A stretch of 46,365 nt of DNA from Candidatus Woesearchaeota archaeon (GCA_041599235.1 JBFHWZ010000001.1:1-46365), one strand, 5' to 3'. Positions 17,290 through 26,754 are shown, numbered from the stretch's first letter. Notes: generated from the sequence alone by a model not told the origin. Translations and numbers: made by a program.

Positions 17290-17817
17290 ATGGCAAAGGT
17301 TCAAGGATTGCTGAGCAAGGAAGCGGTGTTTACTGAAAACTCAGATACTGCGCGTGATTTTAACAAGAAATCAGTATTTGGCACGCTTCAAGCAGATGGC
17401 CGTGTTCAATTGAGCCTCTTAGAAGCGCTGTATTTGGTTGAAAAGAAAAAACTTGAGGTGCTTGATGGCAAAAAGCAGACAGTTTCCTATACCAAGCTCT
17501 TTCAAAAAGCCAAACGAGCAGACCGGAATTTTTTTGTCAGGTATCAGACCTTTAAGGACTTGCGCGCTCGAGGCTATATTGTCAAGACTGCTTTGAAGTT
17601 TGGTGCAGATTTTCGCGTCTACGAAAGAGGCATCAAGCCCGGACAAGATCACGCCAAATGGGTGGTGTTTCCAGTGCATGAGAGCAATGCCTTTACCTGG
17701 CAGAATTTCAGTGCCAAAAACCGTGTTGCGCACAGCACTAAAAAACGACTGATGATTGCAGTGGTGGATGATGAGGGGGATGTGAGTTATTGGGAAGTGC
17801 GCTGGCTCAGACCATAA
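17290..17817 (+). CDS. endA: tRNA-splicing endonuclease EndA
   Basis: LEALYLVEKKKLEV..RARGYIVKTALKFGADFRVYERG..HAKWVVFPV. Start moved from 17230 to ATG 17290 because the TATA box lies inside the longer ORF. Confidence 0.88.
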   Translation: MAKVQGLLSKEAVFTENSDTARDFNKKSVFGTLQADGRVQLSLLEALYLVEKKKLEVLDGKKQTVSYTKLFQKAKRADRNFFVRYQTFKDLRARGYIVKTALKFGADFRVYERGIKPGQDHAKWVVFPVHESNAFTWQNFSAKNRVAHSTKKRLMIAVVDDEGDVSYWEVRWLRP

Positions 17818-17849
17818 AAATTATATAAATCACTCACTCTGATTCCCTT

Positions 17850-18833
17850 ATGGACCATCAGGAGACTATTCTGGCACTGGCACAGGCTAAGCCGCTGCTG
17901 CCCGTGCACGTCGCCAAGGCGCTGAAAACCAACTCATTATTTGCTTCAGCCATGCTGTCTGAATTGGCCAGCAAAGGAAGACTGCATATTTCACGCCTTA
18001 AAATTGGCAGCTCACCCCTCTATTATATACCTGAAAAAGCAGCGCAGCTGCAGGACTATGCAGGGTATTTAAATGAAAAAGACCAGCGAACCTTCCAGCT
18101 CCTAAAAACACGCAAAGTGCTGCGGGATATGGACCTTGACCCGCTGACACGGGTGAGTGTTAAAGAGATTAAAGATTTTTCACGGCCGCTTGAAGTGACG
18201 CTCGGAGACAAAAAAGAGATTTTTTGGAAGTTCTATCTAACGGGCGATGAAGAAGCTGCAGTGGCTATTAAGCAGTTGCTGCAAGGAGAACTTGCGCCGC
18301 AGCCACCACCTGCTCCACCAGCTCAGCCCGTTGCAGCACCTGAACAGCAAACACTGGTACAACAGCAAGTGCACGAGCCGCCACAGCCAGTGCAGGAAGC
18401 AGTAGCACAACAGAAAACACTTGAGCCGCCCAAGCCAGCAGTGCAAGCAAAACCCAAACGGCGTAGCATAAAGCAAGCGCTCAAACCAAAGCCAGCGCCA
18501 AAGCAAAAGCGCGCAGCGCCAGTTGCTGATGCCTTCATGGAACAGCTCATTACCTATTTTGCTAAAAACAGCATTCGTATCATTGAGCAGAATACTGTGC
18601 GTAAAAACGCAGAAAGCGATTTTATTATTGAAATGGATTCTCCAGTCGGTCCCCTCACCTATTATTGCAAGGCGAAAAACAAAAAACGCGTGAGTGATGC
18701 TGACTTAAGCGCAGCACTTGTGCAGGGGCAACTGAAAAAACTGCCTGTTGCGTTTATTACCACAGGCCAATTAAGCAAAAAAGCAGACGAGGTTCTGAAA
18801 CAGCTAAGTGGATTGACTGTTAAGACAATATAA
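17850..18833 (+). CDS. Hypothetical DNA-binding protein: tandem winged-helix-like N-region, Pro/Gln/Ala-rich linker, C-terminal Mrr-like PD-(D/E)xK nuclease-fold domain
   Basis: wH-like VHVAKALKTNSLFASAMLSELASKGRLHISRLKIGSSPLYYIP. Low-complexity stretch at about 18290-18500. C-terminal SDFIIEM..YYCKAKNKKRVSDADLSAALVQGQ..PVAFITTGQLSKKA resembles the restriction-endonuclease (Mrr_cat) pattern. Leaderless TATA at about 17822-17830. TAATG overlap with fen1. Confidence 0.55.
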   Translation: MDHQETILALAQAKPLLPVHVAKALKTNSLFASAMLSELASKGRLHISRLKIGSSPLYYIPEKAAQLQDYAGYLNEKDQRTFQLLKTRKVLRDMDLDPLTRVSVKEIKDFSRPLEVTLGDKKEIFWKFYLTGDEEAAVAIKQLLQGELAPQPPPAPPAQPVAAPEQQTLVQQQVHEPPQPVQEAVAQQKTLEPPKPAVQAKPKRRSIKQALKPKPAPKQKRAAPVADAFMEQLITYFAKNSIRIIEQNTVRKNAESDFIIEMDSPVGPLTYYCKAKNKKRVSDADLSAALVQGQLKKLPVAFITTGQLSKKADEVLKQLSGLTVKTI

Positions 18834-19861
18834 TGGGTGTTAATCTCCGCGAATTGCTTTCACGCAAAGAGATACGTGTCGAAGACCTGCAGAATAAAGT
18901 CATTGCTATTGATGCCTATAATATATTGTATCAATTCTTAAGCACCATCCGGGCACGTGATGGCACGCCTTTGATGGACAGTAAGGGCCGCATCACCTCC
19001 CACTTAATTGGGTTGTTCAGCAGAACAACTAATTTTATGGCTAAAGGCATAAAGCTGGCGTTTGTGTTTGATGGTGAAAAGCCAAAACTGAAATCTGCAG
19101 AGATTGAAAAAAGACGCGCAGCTAAGCGAGAAGCAGAAGCAAAGTACAAGGCAGCAGTTGCCAAAGAAGATGTTGAGGCCATGCGCAAGTACGCAGCGCG
19201 ATTTTCCTATCTTTCTCCTGAAATGGTTGCGCAAGCAAAACAGCTTATTACTGCATTGGGTTTGCCTATAGTGCAGGCGCCCAGTGAAGGTGAAGCGCAA
19301 GCAGCGCAGTTAGTTAAAGATGGCAAGGCATGGGCTGTGGGAAGCCAGGATTATGACAGTTTGCTGTTTGGTACTGAGCGATTAGTGCAAAACTTGTCAA
19401 GCGCGGGCAGGCGGAAAAAAACAAAAGCGCTTGGAACGCAGACAGTCAAACCCGAGCTTATTTCACTTTCTGAAAGCCTGAACAATCTTTCAATTGACAG
19501 TGAAAAGCTCATCGTGTTAGCTATGCTGATTGGCACTGACTTTAATCCCGGCGGCGTCAAAGGCATTGGACCTAAAAAAGCACTTGCACTGGTGCAAAAA
19601 CATGATGATTTCGCAACCATCTTCAAAGAAGCGAAATGGGATGAGCATGTTGATATTCCCTGGCAGACGATTCTTGATTTGTTTAAAACCATGCCGGTGA
19701 CCAATGACTATAAACTGGTGTGGAAACAAGTTGATGAGCAGGCTGTGCACAAACTATTGATTGAAGAGCACGACTTTAGCGAAGAGCGTGTTCAGAAAGC
19801 ACTTGATCCACTCATCAAAGTCAAAAAAGCAAAACAACAAACAAGCCTGGGCGATTTCTGA
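18833..19861 (+). CDS. fen: Flap endonuclease 1
   Basis: MGVNLRELL.., FVFDGEKP, SEGEAQAA, GTDFNPGGVKGIGPKKA (H3TH), and a C-terminal PIP-like QTSLGDF. Confidence 0.95.
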   Translation: MGVNLRELLSRKEIRVEDLQNKVIAIDAYNILYQFLSTIRARDGTPLMDSKGRITSHLIGLFSRTTNFMAKGIKLAFVFDGEKPKLKSAEIEKRRAAKREAEAKYKAAVAKEDVEAMRKYAARFSYLSPEMVAQAKQLITALGLPIVQAPSEGEAQAAQLVKDGKAWAVGSQDYDSLLFGTERLVQNLSSAGRRKKTKALGTQTVKPELISLSESLNNLSIDSEKLIVLAMLIGTDFNPGGVKGIGPKKALALVQKHDDFATIFKEAKWDEHVDIPWQTILDLFKTMPVTNDYKLVWKQVDEQAVHKLLIEEHDFSEERVQKALDPLIKVKKAKQQTSLGDF

Positions 19862-20688
19862 TGACCACACTCAAACAAGCACTGAAGGGAAAACTCTCAA
19901 AAAAAGAACTAGCCTATGCACAGAGCAGCTTTGATGTTGTTGGTGACATTGCCATTATAGAAATCCCGCCTGAACTGGTCAAAAAACAGAAGGTAATCGC
20001 GCAGACCCTGCTGAAGCTGTTACAACAAGTTAAGGTTGTTGCAAAAAAAGCAGGCATACACTCTGGAAAATACAGAACGCAAAAGCTCATCTTACTTGCA
20101 GGGGAAACGCGCAAAGTAACTGAGCATAAAGAATCAGGAACGCGCATGCGTTTAGATGTGGAGAAGTGCTATTTTAGCCCGCGCTTAAGCAGCGAGCGCC
20201 TGCGCATTGCACAGCAAGTCAAAAAAGGAGAAGCTATTTTGGTGCTGTTTTCTGGTGTTGCACCCTATCCTTTGGTGTTGGCTAAAAATACCAAGGCAAA
20301 GCACATTGTTGGTGTTGAATGGAACCCAACAGCGCACCAGTTTGCGCAGGAAAATGTAGTGCTCAATAAGCTCAGCGACCGCATCGCGCTTAAGAAAGGC
20401 AATGTAGCAACAGTTGTTCCAAAACTCAAGCAAGCCTTTGATAGAATTATTATGGTATTGCCTAAAACTGCAGAAAAGCACTTGGGCACAGCGCTGAAGG
20501 CAGCTAAAAAAGGAGCGCGCTTGCACGTGTACCAGTTTGGCGCAGAGCAGGATTTCAAGGCAATCAAGCAAAACATTCTTAAACTCTGCAAGGCTTCTCA
20601 GAAGCAGTGCCGCATACTCCGCTTAGTGAAGTGCGGCCAGTACAGCCCAGGCAGATATCGTGTCTGCGTGGATGTAAAGCTGGTATAA
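19861..20688 (+). CDS. Trm5/Taw2 (Met-10) family tRNA methyltransferase
   Basis: FDVVGDIAIIEIPPEL, then a SAM-MTase core VLFSGVAPYPLVLAK..VGVEWNP. TGATG overlap with fen1. Confidence 0.75.
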   Translation: MTTLKQALKGKLSKKELAYAQSSFDVVGDIAIIEIPPELVKKQKVIAQTLLKLLQQVKVVAKKAGIHSGKYRTQKLILLAGETRKVTEHKESGTRMRLDVEKCYFSPRLSSERLRIAQQVKKGEAILVLFSGVAPYPLVLAKNTKAKHIVGVEWNPTAHQFAQENVVLNKLSDRIALKKGNVATVVPKLKQAFDRIIMVLPKTAEKHLGTALKAAKKGARLHVYQFGAEQDFKAIKQNILKLCKASQKQCRILRLVKCGQYSPGRYRVCVDVKLV

Positions 20689-20689
20689 A

Positions 20690-20756
20690 GCGCAATGACG
20701 ACGTGAATCCCAATCAAGCTCGCAAGAGCAATGAGATTAACTGGAAGACCGAGCGC
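20690..20756 (+). ncRNA. Candidate C/D-box sRNA (degenerate boxes)
   Basis: Reads GCGC-A-AUGACGA-(12 nt)-UCAA-GCUC-GCAA-GAGC-A-AUGAGA-(12 nt)-CCGA-GCGC. There is a terminal GCGC/GCGC stem, an internal GCUC/GAGC stem with a GNRA loop, and both spacers are exactly 12 nt. It fills the 78-nt convergent gap between two methyltransferase genes. Confidence 0.3.
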
Positions 20757-20766
20757 GTACCCTCAG

Positions 20767-21498
20767 CTACTGTTTCTGCAAGACATAGAATCTGCGATAG
20801 GACGCGTTCTTGTTGAAGCTTCCGCCAAGGCGAGAACCGTAGATGTTGAGGATGGTAAAACCATACTTTTTCAGTATTTTTTCTAGTTTTGCAGGAGAAT
20901 AAATAAATTCTTCATAATAATCTTTGAATGAAAAGAACTTTTTACCTTCTTTTGCAAAACCTATCCATTCAGCAGCCCATTTGTTGCCTTTTTTGTAATC
21001 TCTGAAGATGACATCCAGGTGTCCATTTGGCAAGGTGTAACGTTGATACTCTTGGGAATAGTTTTGCTCCCGTATTTCAACATCCAAATGCGGCAGATCC
21101 AAGAGAAAAATGCCTTTTGGCTTCAAATGCAGAACAATGTTTTTTATGGTCTTTTCAATACTGCGGTAGTCATGCAGGTATAACAAGGATGAGTTCAAGC
21201 AGAGAACAGCATCAAACTGTTTTTTGAGCCTGAAGTTTGACATATTTTTTTGGTGAAGCTTGACTTTGCATGTTTTTCTTGCTAAAGAGAGCATTTTTTT
21301 ACTAATGTCCAGCCCTTCAATGTCAAAGTGTTTGCTTAAGGGAGCCAAATAGAGCCCTGTTCCGCAGCCAAGCTCAAGAACAGTTCTTACTTTGAACTTT
21401 TTTAGAATGTTGCCAACAAAAACAGCACTTTTTCGGAAAAAGCGCGTACCTTGGATGATGTCATAATATTTTGCCGAGTGTCGAAAGTCGTTGCGCAT
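20767..21498 (-). CDS. Class I SAM-dependent methyltransferase
   Basis: Motif I VLELGCGTGLY and post-I LDISKKM. TAATG overlap with the PAN stop. Confidence 0.8.
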   Translation of the reverse strand: MRNDFRHSAKYYDIIQGTRFFRKSAVFVGNILKKFKVRTVLELGCGTGLYLAPLSKHFDIEGLDISKKMLSLARKTCKVKLHQKNMSNFRLKKQFDAVLCLNSSLLYLHDYRSIEKTIKNIVLHLKPKGIFLLDLPHLDVEIREQNYSQEYQRYTLPNGHLDVIFRDYKKGNKWAAEWIGFAKEGKKFFSFKDYYEEFIYSPAKLEKILKKYGFTILNIYGSRLGGSFNKNASYRRFYVLQKQ

Positions 21499-22628
21499 TA
21501 TCCAAACATCTTGAGATACTCGTCGCCTTCAAGGGTTTCTTCGGTAAGGACTTTTTCAATGGCGTTCAAGAAGTCTTCTTGCGTTACTTTGGTTCTGTTT
21601 TCGCGGATGGCAAAGTAGCCTGCCTCAGTCGCAACTGCTTTGATTTCTGCGCCGCTGAAATTGTCCATTTTTTTGTTGAGATCGTCAAATTTGATTTTGC
21701 CAAGCTTCATGTTTTTAGTGTGGATCTTGAATATTTCTTTTCTGCCCTCAGCATCGGGCACGGGCACGTGAATGAGCCGATCAAGCCTGCCGGGCCTGAT
21801 GATGGCAGTATCGAGAATATCTTTTCTGTTGGTGCAGCCAATAATCTTGACATTATCAAGCGGCTTAAAGCCGTCAATCTCTGCAAGCAACTGCATGAAG
21901 GTTCGCTGCACTTCACGTTCTCCTGAGGTGCCCACATCAATGCGGGTTGCTGCAATAGCATCAAGCTCATCAATGAAAATAACACTGGGCGCTTTTTCGC
22001 GTGCAAGCTCAAAGATTTCCTTGACCAGCTTTGCTCCTTCGCCAATGAATTTCTGAACAAGTTCTGAGCCAACAATTTCAATAAAGGTGCTGTTCGTGCT
22101 TGCTGCAACAGCTTTTGCCAGCAGGGTTTTCCCTGTTCCGGGCGGTCCGTGCAGCAAAATGCCCTTGGGTGGATCAATGCCTATTTTTTTGAACAGCTGA
22201 GGCTTGTTCAGGGGCAGCTCAATGACTTCCTTGATTTCCTGTTCTTGGTGCTGCAAGCCGCCTATTTCTTTCCAGCTCAGGCGTGGTTTTTCAACAATAG
22301 CGAATTTTTCAACATCAAACTTCTTCACTGAAGGGATTTTTTTGATAATAGTGAGATTTTTCTGCTCAGCAAGCACTTGATCGCCTGCTTTGAGCTTTCC
22401 ACAACCATCTGCAACTTCAACTAAGAATTCATTGCCGTTCGGCAGTCGAATCAAGGCTTGGCCTTTAACTAACTCGCGCACTTCGCATGAAATCAAGGGC
22501 GTGCGCCTGAATTTTTCCAGTTCTTTTTCAAGGGTACCAACACTTTCTTTCAGAATTTTGTTTTCTTCTTCAAGACCAGAAACATCTGTGCCGTAACTGT
22601 AGTACACTTTTGCCTTGTCATCTGCCAT
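21498..22628 (-). CDS. pan: Proteasome-activating nucleotidase (AAA+ ATPase)
   Basis: N-terminal coiled coil, Walker A GPPGTGKT, Walker B IIFIDELD. Start set at ATG 22628 because TATA CTTTATAAAT 22651-22660 is centred 27 nt upstream; the track start at 22640 is a TTG. Confidence 0.93.
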   Translation of the reverse strand: MADDKAKVYYSYGTDVSGLEEENKILKESVGTLEKELEKFRRTPLISCEVRELVKGQALIRLPNGNEFLVEVADGCGKLKAGDQVLAEQKNLTIIKKIPSVKKFDVEKFAIVEKPRLSWKEIGGLQHQEQEIKEVIELPLNKPQLFKKIGIDPPKGILLHGPPGTGKTLLAKAVAASTNSTFIEIVGSELVQKFIGEGAKLVKEIFELAREKAPSVIFIDELDAIAATRIDVGTSGEREVQRTFMQLLAEIDGFKPLDNVKIIGCTNRKDILDTAIIRPGRLDRLIHVPVPDAEGRKEIFKIHTKNMKLGKIKFDDLNKKMDNFSGAEIKAVATEAGYFAIRENRTKVTQEDFLNAIEKVLTEETLEGDEYLKMFG

Positions 22629-22705
22629 GTACCCTCTCAAGGCCTTTTTGCTTTATAAATGTTATGGTCGTAACATTTAAATATTCGTCGCATTCTGGGT
22701 GATTC

Positions 22706-24172
22706 ATGACAAAACTAGTACTTGAAAAAGGGGATGTGCGAAAACTTAAAACAGATGTGCTGATTGTAGGCGCATTTGACACAAAACAAAGTGTTGCTGA
22801 GTATGATAAGGCGCTTAATGGCGCTCTGGCAGAGTGCTATGCTCAAAAACAGTTTACTGGCGACTTCTTGCAGCTTAAATTGTTCAATACGCTTGGCAAA
22901 CTGCCAGCAAAAAACATATTATTGGTTGGTTTAGGCAAAGAAAAAGACCTGAGTGCTGAAAAACTGCGCAAAGCAGCGGGCTTGACTGCAAAAGCTGCCC
23001 GTGATTCAGGCTTTACCTCGGTTGCAACAACCCTCCCGTTGGTTAAGCTCAAGGATGCGACCAGCATTGTTGGTGAAGGAACCTTGCTTGGCTTGTATCA
23101 GTTCACTAAATACAAAACAGTTGATAAGGAAAAGATAAAAACAGTTGCTACAGTGCGTGTTTGTTCAAAAGATCCACAGGCAGCCAAGGCGCTGACCAGA
23201 GCACGAATTCTTGCTGACGCAGCAAACCTTGCCAAAGACATTACCAACACACCTGCATATGAGATGACGCCTACCAGAATAGGCGAGATTGCAAAAAAAG
23301 TTGCGCGTGAATCAAAACTTAAGGTAACAGTGTATGATAAAAAAGGTGTTCAAAAATTAGGCATGACTGCCTTGCTGGCAGTTAATAGCGGCAGTGCGCA
23401 AGAACCGCGCTTTATTGTGCTTGAGCATAAAGGAAGCACCAAAAAACCTATTGTTTTTGCTGGTAAAGGCATTACCTTTGATTCTGGCGGCCTGAACATT
23501 AAGCCAGGCTCGTCAATGGAAGATATGAAGTGTGATAAGGGCGGCGCAGCTGCTGTTATGGGTATCATGAAGGCAGTTGCTGAGCTTAAACTGCCGGTTC
23601 ATGTTATTGGCTTGATTGCCACAACAGAAAACATGCCTGGTGCTGGAGCTTACAAGCCTGGCGATGTTATTCCTGCATTGAACAAGAAAACTATCGAAGT
23701 GCTGAATACTGACGCAGAAGGCAGGGTCATTTTAGCAGATGCGTTGAGCTATGCTGAGCGCCTTAAGCCTGCTGCGATCATTGACCTTGCTACCTTAACA
23801 GGAGCGTGTGTTGTTGCACTGGGCTCGCATTTTGCAGGCCTTATGGGCACTGACCAGAAGCTCATAGAGAAAATAAAGAAAGCAGCTGACCAAAGCGGCG
23901 AGCGTGTTTGGGAGCTTCCGTTAGTTGATGAGTTTCGCGAAGCAGTTAAAAGTGAAAATGCTGATGTGCGCAATATTGCTGTGGGCAAAAGTTACGAAGG
24001 CGGAGCAATCACTGCAGGAGCGTTCTTAAATGCATTTGCTGATAAGAGTCCGTGGGCGCATCTTGATATTGCAGGTGTCGCGTTCTTAGCAGATGAGCGG
24101 CAGTACACACAAAAAGGCGGCACTGGCTTTGGCGTACGATTGCTGGTTACGTTTTTACAGGAATGGAAATAA
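22706..24172 (+). CDS. pepA: Leucyl aminopeptidase (M17)
   Basis: VGKGITFDSGG-type (AGKGITFDSGG) and NTDAEGRV motifs. TATA ATTTAAATAT 22675-22684 is centred 27 nt from ATG 22706. Confidence 0.92.
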   Translation: MTKLVLEKGDVRKLKTDVLIVGAFDTKQSVAEYDKALNGALAECYAQKQFTGDFLQLKLFNTLGKLPAKNILLVGLGKEKDLSAEKLRKAAGLTAKAARDSGFTSVATTLPLVKLKDATSIVGEGTLLGLYQFTKYKTVDKEKIKTVATVRVCSKDPQAAKALTRARILADAANLAKDITNTPAYEMTPTRIGEIAKKVARESKLKVTVYDKKGVQKLGMTALLAVNSGSAQEPRFIVLEHKGSTKKPIVFAGKGITFDSGGLNIKPGSSMEDMKCDKGGAAAVMGIMKAVAELKLPVHVIGLIATTENMPGAGAYKPGDVIPALNKKTIEVLNTDAEGRVILADALSYAERLKPAAIIDLATLTGACVVALGSHFAGLMGTDQKLIEKIKKAADQSGERVWELPLVDEFREAVKSENADVRNIAVGKSYEGGAITAGAFLNAFADKSPWAHLDIAGVAFLADERQYTQKGGTGFGVRLLVTFLQEWK

Positions 24173-25211
24173 GCTGTTTTGGTGTTTTTGTTAGCACAGC
24201 ATGACCTGTTGCGGTCACCACCACATCATCTTCTATCCTGATACCCAGCTTGTTTTTGATGTACACGCCGGGCTCAACAGTAACCACCATGCCAGGCTTA
24301 AGAATAAGGTTGCGATAGTTCTTTTTTGATATGGCGTCGTGCACTTCAATGCCCAGTTGGTGGCCTAGGCTGTGCACAAAGTACTTGTCAAGCTTGCCCA
24401 GTTCAGCGCGAACAAATGCTTCTATGGCATCATAGGATTGGCCTGGTTTGACCATGGCAATTGCTTTTTTCTGCAAGTCCAGCAGCTTATTGTATAGGTC
24501 ACGTTCTTTTTTTGTTGGCGTGCCCAGGTATACAGTGCGTGTCATGTCACTGCAATAGCCTTTGTACCGAACGCCTGAATCCATGACCAGAAAACCTTTG
24601 TAGAGCTTGCTGGTCGGAATATGGTGCGGATAATAAGCGTTTTTTCCCGAAGCAATGATGGGTTCAAATGAGAATGTACAGCCTTTTTTTCTGGTGTGGT
24701 ATTCAATGTAGTTGTATATCTGCTGTTCGCTTTTCATGCCTTTGAGTTTTTTTATAAGGTCGTTGATGATGCTTGTTGTGATCTGGCATGCTTTTCGTAT
24801 ATGTTTGACTTCTTCAGGCTTTTTGATAATGCGCAGGTCTGCCAGATCTTGGCTGATATCAACAAAACTTCCTTTGAGGCTCTTACGCGCCCATTTTTTT
24901 TCTGCTAAAGAGAAATACGCAGCATTGATGGCTATGCGTTTAGGATTGCCAAACTGCTTTTTGATGTCCTTGAAGGTGCTCGTGGGTTTTTTCACAGCGA
25001 GCTTGGTTGTTTTTTTAATGCGTTCGTACTCAAAACCCGGTATGAACAAGGCAGGTTTGCCTTTAGCAGGAATGACCAGCGCTCCAAAATCAATATCTGC
25101 TTGCGCAAAATAAAATATGTTAGGATCTTTTTTAGTGAACGAGGTGTTGAGCAAAACAGCATAGCCTATTTTCTTTTTTCTCAGTACTGTCTGTAGTTCA
25201 CGTACTTTCAT
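24147..25211 (-). CDS. Xaa-Pro aminopeptidase / M24 family peptidase
   Basis: Pita-bread core DSGVRYKGYCSDMTRT, HSLGHQLGIEVHD, VTVEPGVY, IRIEDDV. ATGA overlap with the tyrS stop. Confidence 0.88.
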   Translation of the reverse strand: MKVRELQTVLRKKKIGYAVLLNTSFTKKDPNIFYFAQADIDFGALVIPAKGKPALFIPGFEYERIKKTTKLAVKKPTSTFKDIKKQFGNPKRIAINAAYFSLAEKKWARKSLKGSFVDISQDLADLRIIKKPEEVKHIRKACQITTSIINDLIKKLKGMKSEQQIYNYIEYHTRKKGCTFSFEPIIASGKNAYYPHHIPTSKLYKGFLVMDSGVRYKGYCSDMTRTVYLGTPTKKERDLYNKLLDLQKKAIAMVKPGQSYDAIEAFVRAELGKLDKYFVHSLGHQLGIEVHDAISKKNYRNLILKPGMVVTVEPGVYIKNKLGIRIEDDVVVTATGHAVLTKTPKQLISIPVKT

Positions 25212-26278
25212 CTGGTTACCGTAAATGATTTGACTTGCTCAAGAAGTGTTGCTGGTTTGCCTTTGGCAAAGTGTTTGCGTACAGGCTCAAGCAGTTTGTT
25301 CAGGTGCAGCGCCACAGCGGGTTTCAGATCGCCTGGATGCAGTTTTCCTGCACCAAAATCTTTTGCAAGCTGTTCATAGCTGGTGTAGCTTGTTGAGCCG
25401 CCAAATTTAGCAGGGCGCTTGACTTCGATGCTCTTGAATTTTTCAAACAAAATGTAGTTGCAGTATTCAAGAACAGGATTTTCAGCAGTTGTTTTTGCAG
25501 GGCAGTAGGCTTTGCCTATTTTACGTTCAACATCTTCAGGCGTATCATCCATGAAGATTGAACTGTCGGGCTGTGATTTTGACATTTTCATTGCCATGAC
25601 CCGTTCTTCTGCAGTTCCTTGGGCTGGTGGCTGGCTGAGGCCCATGAGCATGTGGTGATGCACGGCAACTGGTTTTTTGTAGCCAAGCTTGGGAGCAAGC
25701 TCTCGCGCAAGCACATTCACTTTGCGCTGATCCATACCCAGCTGGCAAATGTCAATGTCTAAGTGGAAAATGTCTGCTGCTTGCATGGCAGGATAGAAAA
25801 TCTGCGCAGCACTCAAGCCTTCGCTCTCTGAGCGGCCCATAATTTGCGAACAGCGAATGATGCGTTTTACTGTTGAATTGCGCGCAACTTGCATGACTGT
25901 TTTCCAGTACCGATCGTCACCGGCAAAGTCACTGCACCACACAAACTGTACTTTGTCAAGATTCATGCCTGATGCTTTCCAGACTTCAATGAGGTATTTG
26001 CCTGCAGTTTTGATGTTGTCAAGATCGCCGCCCAGCTTGTCATTAGCCCAGGCATGCCAGTCAGCGACCCACATCTTAAACTGGCAGCCAGCTTTGGTCA
26101 TCTTGTTGACATTGATTGCTCTGAGCAAGCCTTGCGCAATGTGCATTCTGCCTGATGGTTCAAATCCGTCATAGGCAATGGGACGCTTGGTTTTCTGCAA
26201 GAGCTTTTTAAGCTCATCAAGAGTCAGAATTTCTTCCCCAACTTCCTGGATAAGCTTCAGTTTCTCCTCGTTTTTCAT
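25208..26278 (-). CDS. tyrS: Tyrosyl-tRNA synthetase (archaeal/eukaryotic type)
   Basis: YDGFEPSGRMHIAQG (HIGH-type), ADWHAWANDKLGGD, KMSKS. Start moved from 26320 to ATG 26278 because CTTTAAATA (minus strand, 26301-26309) is centred exactly 27 nt upstream. Confidence 0.85.
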   Translation of the reverse strand: MKNEEKLKLIQEVGEEILTLDELKKLLQKTKRPIAYDGFEPSGRMHIAQGLLRAINVNKMTKAGCQFKMWVADWHAWANDKLGGDLDNIKTAGKYLIEVWKASGMNLDKVQFVWCSDFAGDDRYWKTVMQVARNSTVKRIIRCSQIMGRSESEGLSAAQIFYPAMQAADIFHLDIDICQLGMDQRKVNVLARELAPKLGYKKPVAVHHHMLMGLSQPPAQGTAEERVMAMKMSKSQPDSSIFMDDTPEDVERKIGKAYCPAKTTAENPVLEYCNYILFEKFKSIEVKRPAKFGGSTSYTSYEQLAKDFGAGKLHPGDLKPAVALHLNKLLEPVRKHFAKGKPATLLEQVKSFTVTR

Positions 26279-26369
26279 AGGTCGTATGCAGAGCGAGCGG
26301 TATTTAAAGGTTTCGAGCATTCTCGAAACGCATGAGATACTAGTCGAGTGTAGTTTCTTAAAAATAGGG

Positions 26370-26387
26370 AAGCAAAAGATTTATATA
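26370..26387 (+). promoter_or_regulatory. BRE/TATA AAGCAAAAGATTTATATA (promoter of the PRC-barrel gene)
   Basis: The 18-mer is identical to 33312-33329. It is followed by a ~24-nt leader with SD GGGTGA 26421-26426. Confidence 0.6.
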
Positions 26388-26434
26388 ATACGGGATTTAT
26401 ATCCATTTCAAAATAGTAAAGGGTGAAAAGTAGC

Positions 26435-26698
26435 ATGGCTGAAGAAGCAAAGAAATTCTCAAAACAGCTCATAGGAAAGACCGTGGTCAGCAAAGCTGGC
26501 AAGCGCTTTGGCGAAGTTGGCGATATTGTATTTGAAACAAAATCAGGAGAACTGATTCATCTTGTTCTTGAAAATCCTACTATTTACACTGAAAAATTAG
26601 AGCTTGAGAAAGATCGCGAAGGCAAGCTACTTATTCCTTTTAGCGCAGTTATTGCTATTGGCGACTTTATGGTTATTTCTGAAGAAGACATTATCTGA
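26435..26698 (+). CDS. PRC-barrel domain protein
   Basis: LIGKTVVSKAGKRFGEVGDIVFETKSGELIHLVL. First ATG with an SD 8 nt upstream; the track start at 26423 is a GTG. Confidence 0.75.
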   Translation: MAEEAKKFSKQLIGKTVVSKAGKRFGEVGDIVFETKSGELIHLVLENPTIYTEKLELEKDREGKLLIPFSAVIAIGDFMVISEEDII

Positions 26699-26754
26699 TT
26701 CTGTACCAGAATCTTTTTATATTTTCGTTGTTTTCAGAGCTATGGGGGTTGTAT

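Noticed and set aside
18237-18550. Three overlapping minus-strand ORFs (60-89 aa, Cys/Leu/Trp-rich)
   Set aside because: They are antisense shadows of the Pro/Gln/Ala-rich low-complexity linker of the 17850-18833 gene.
20607-20816. 69-aa plus-strand ORF across the convergent gap
   Set aside because: It overlaps the 3' ends of two well-supported genes and has no start signals. The gap is better explained as non-coding (possible sRNA).
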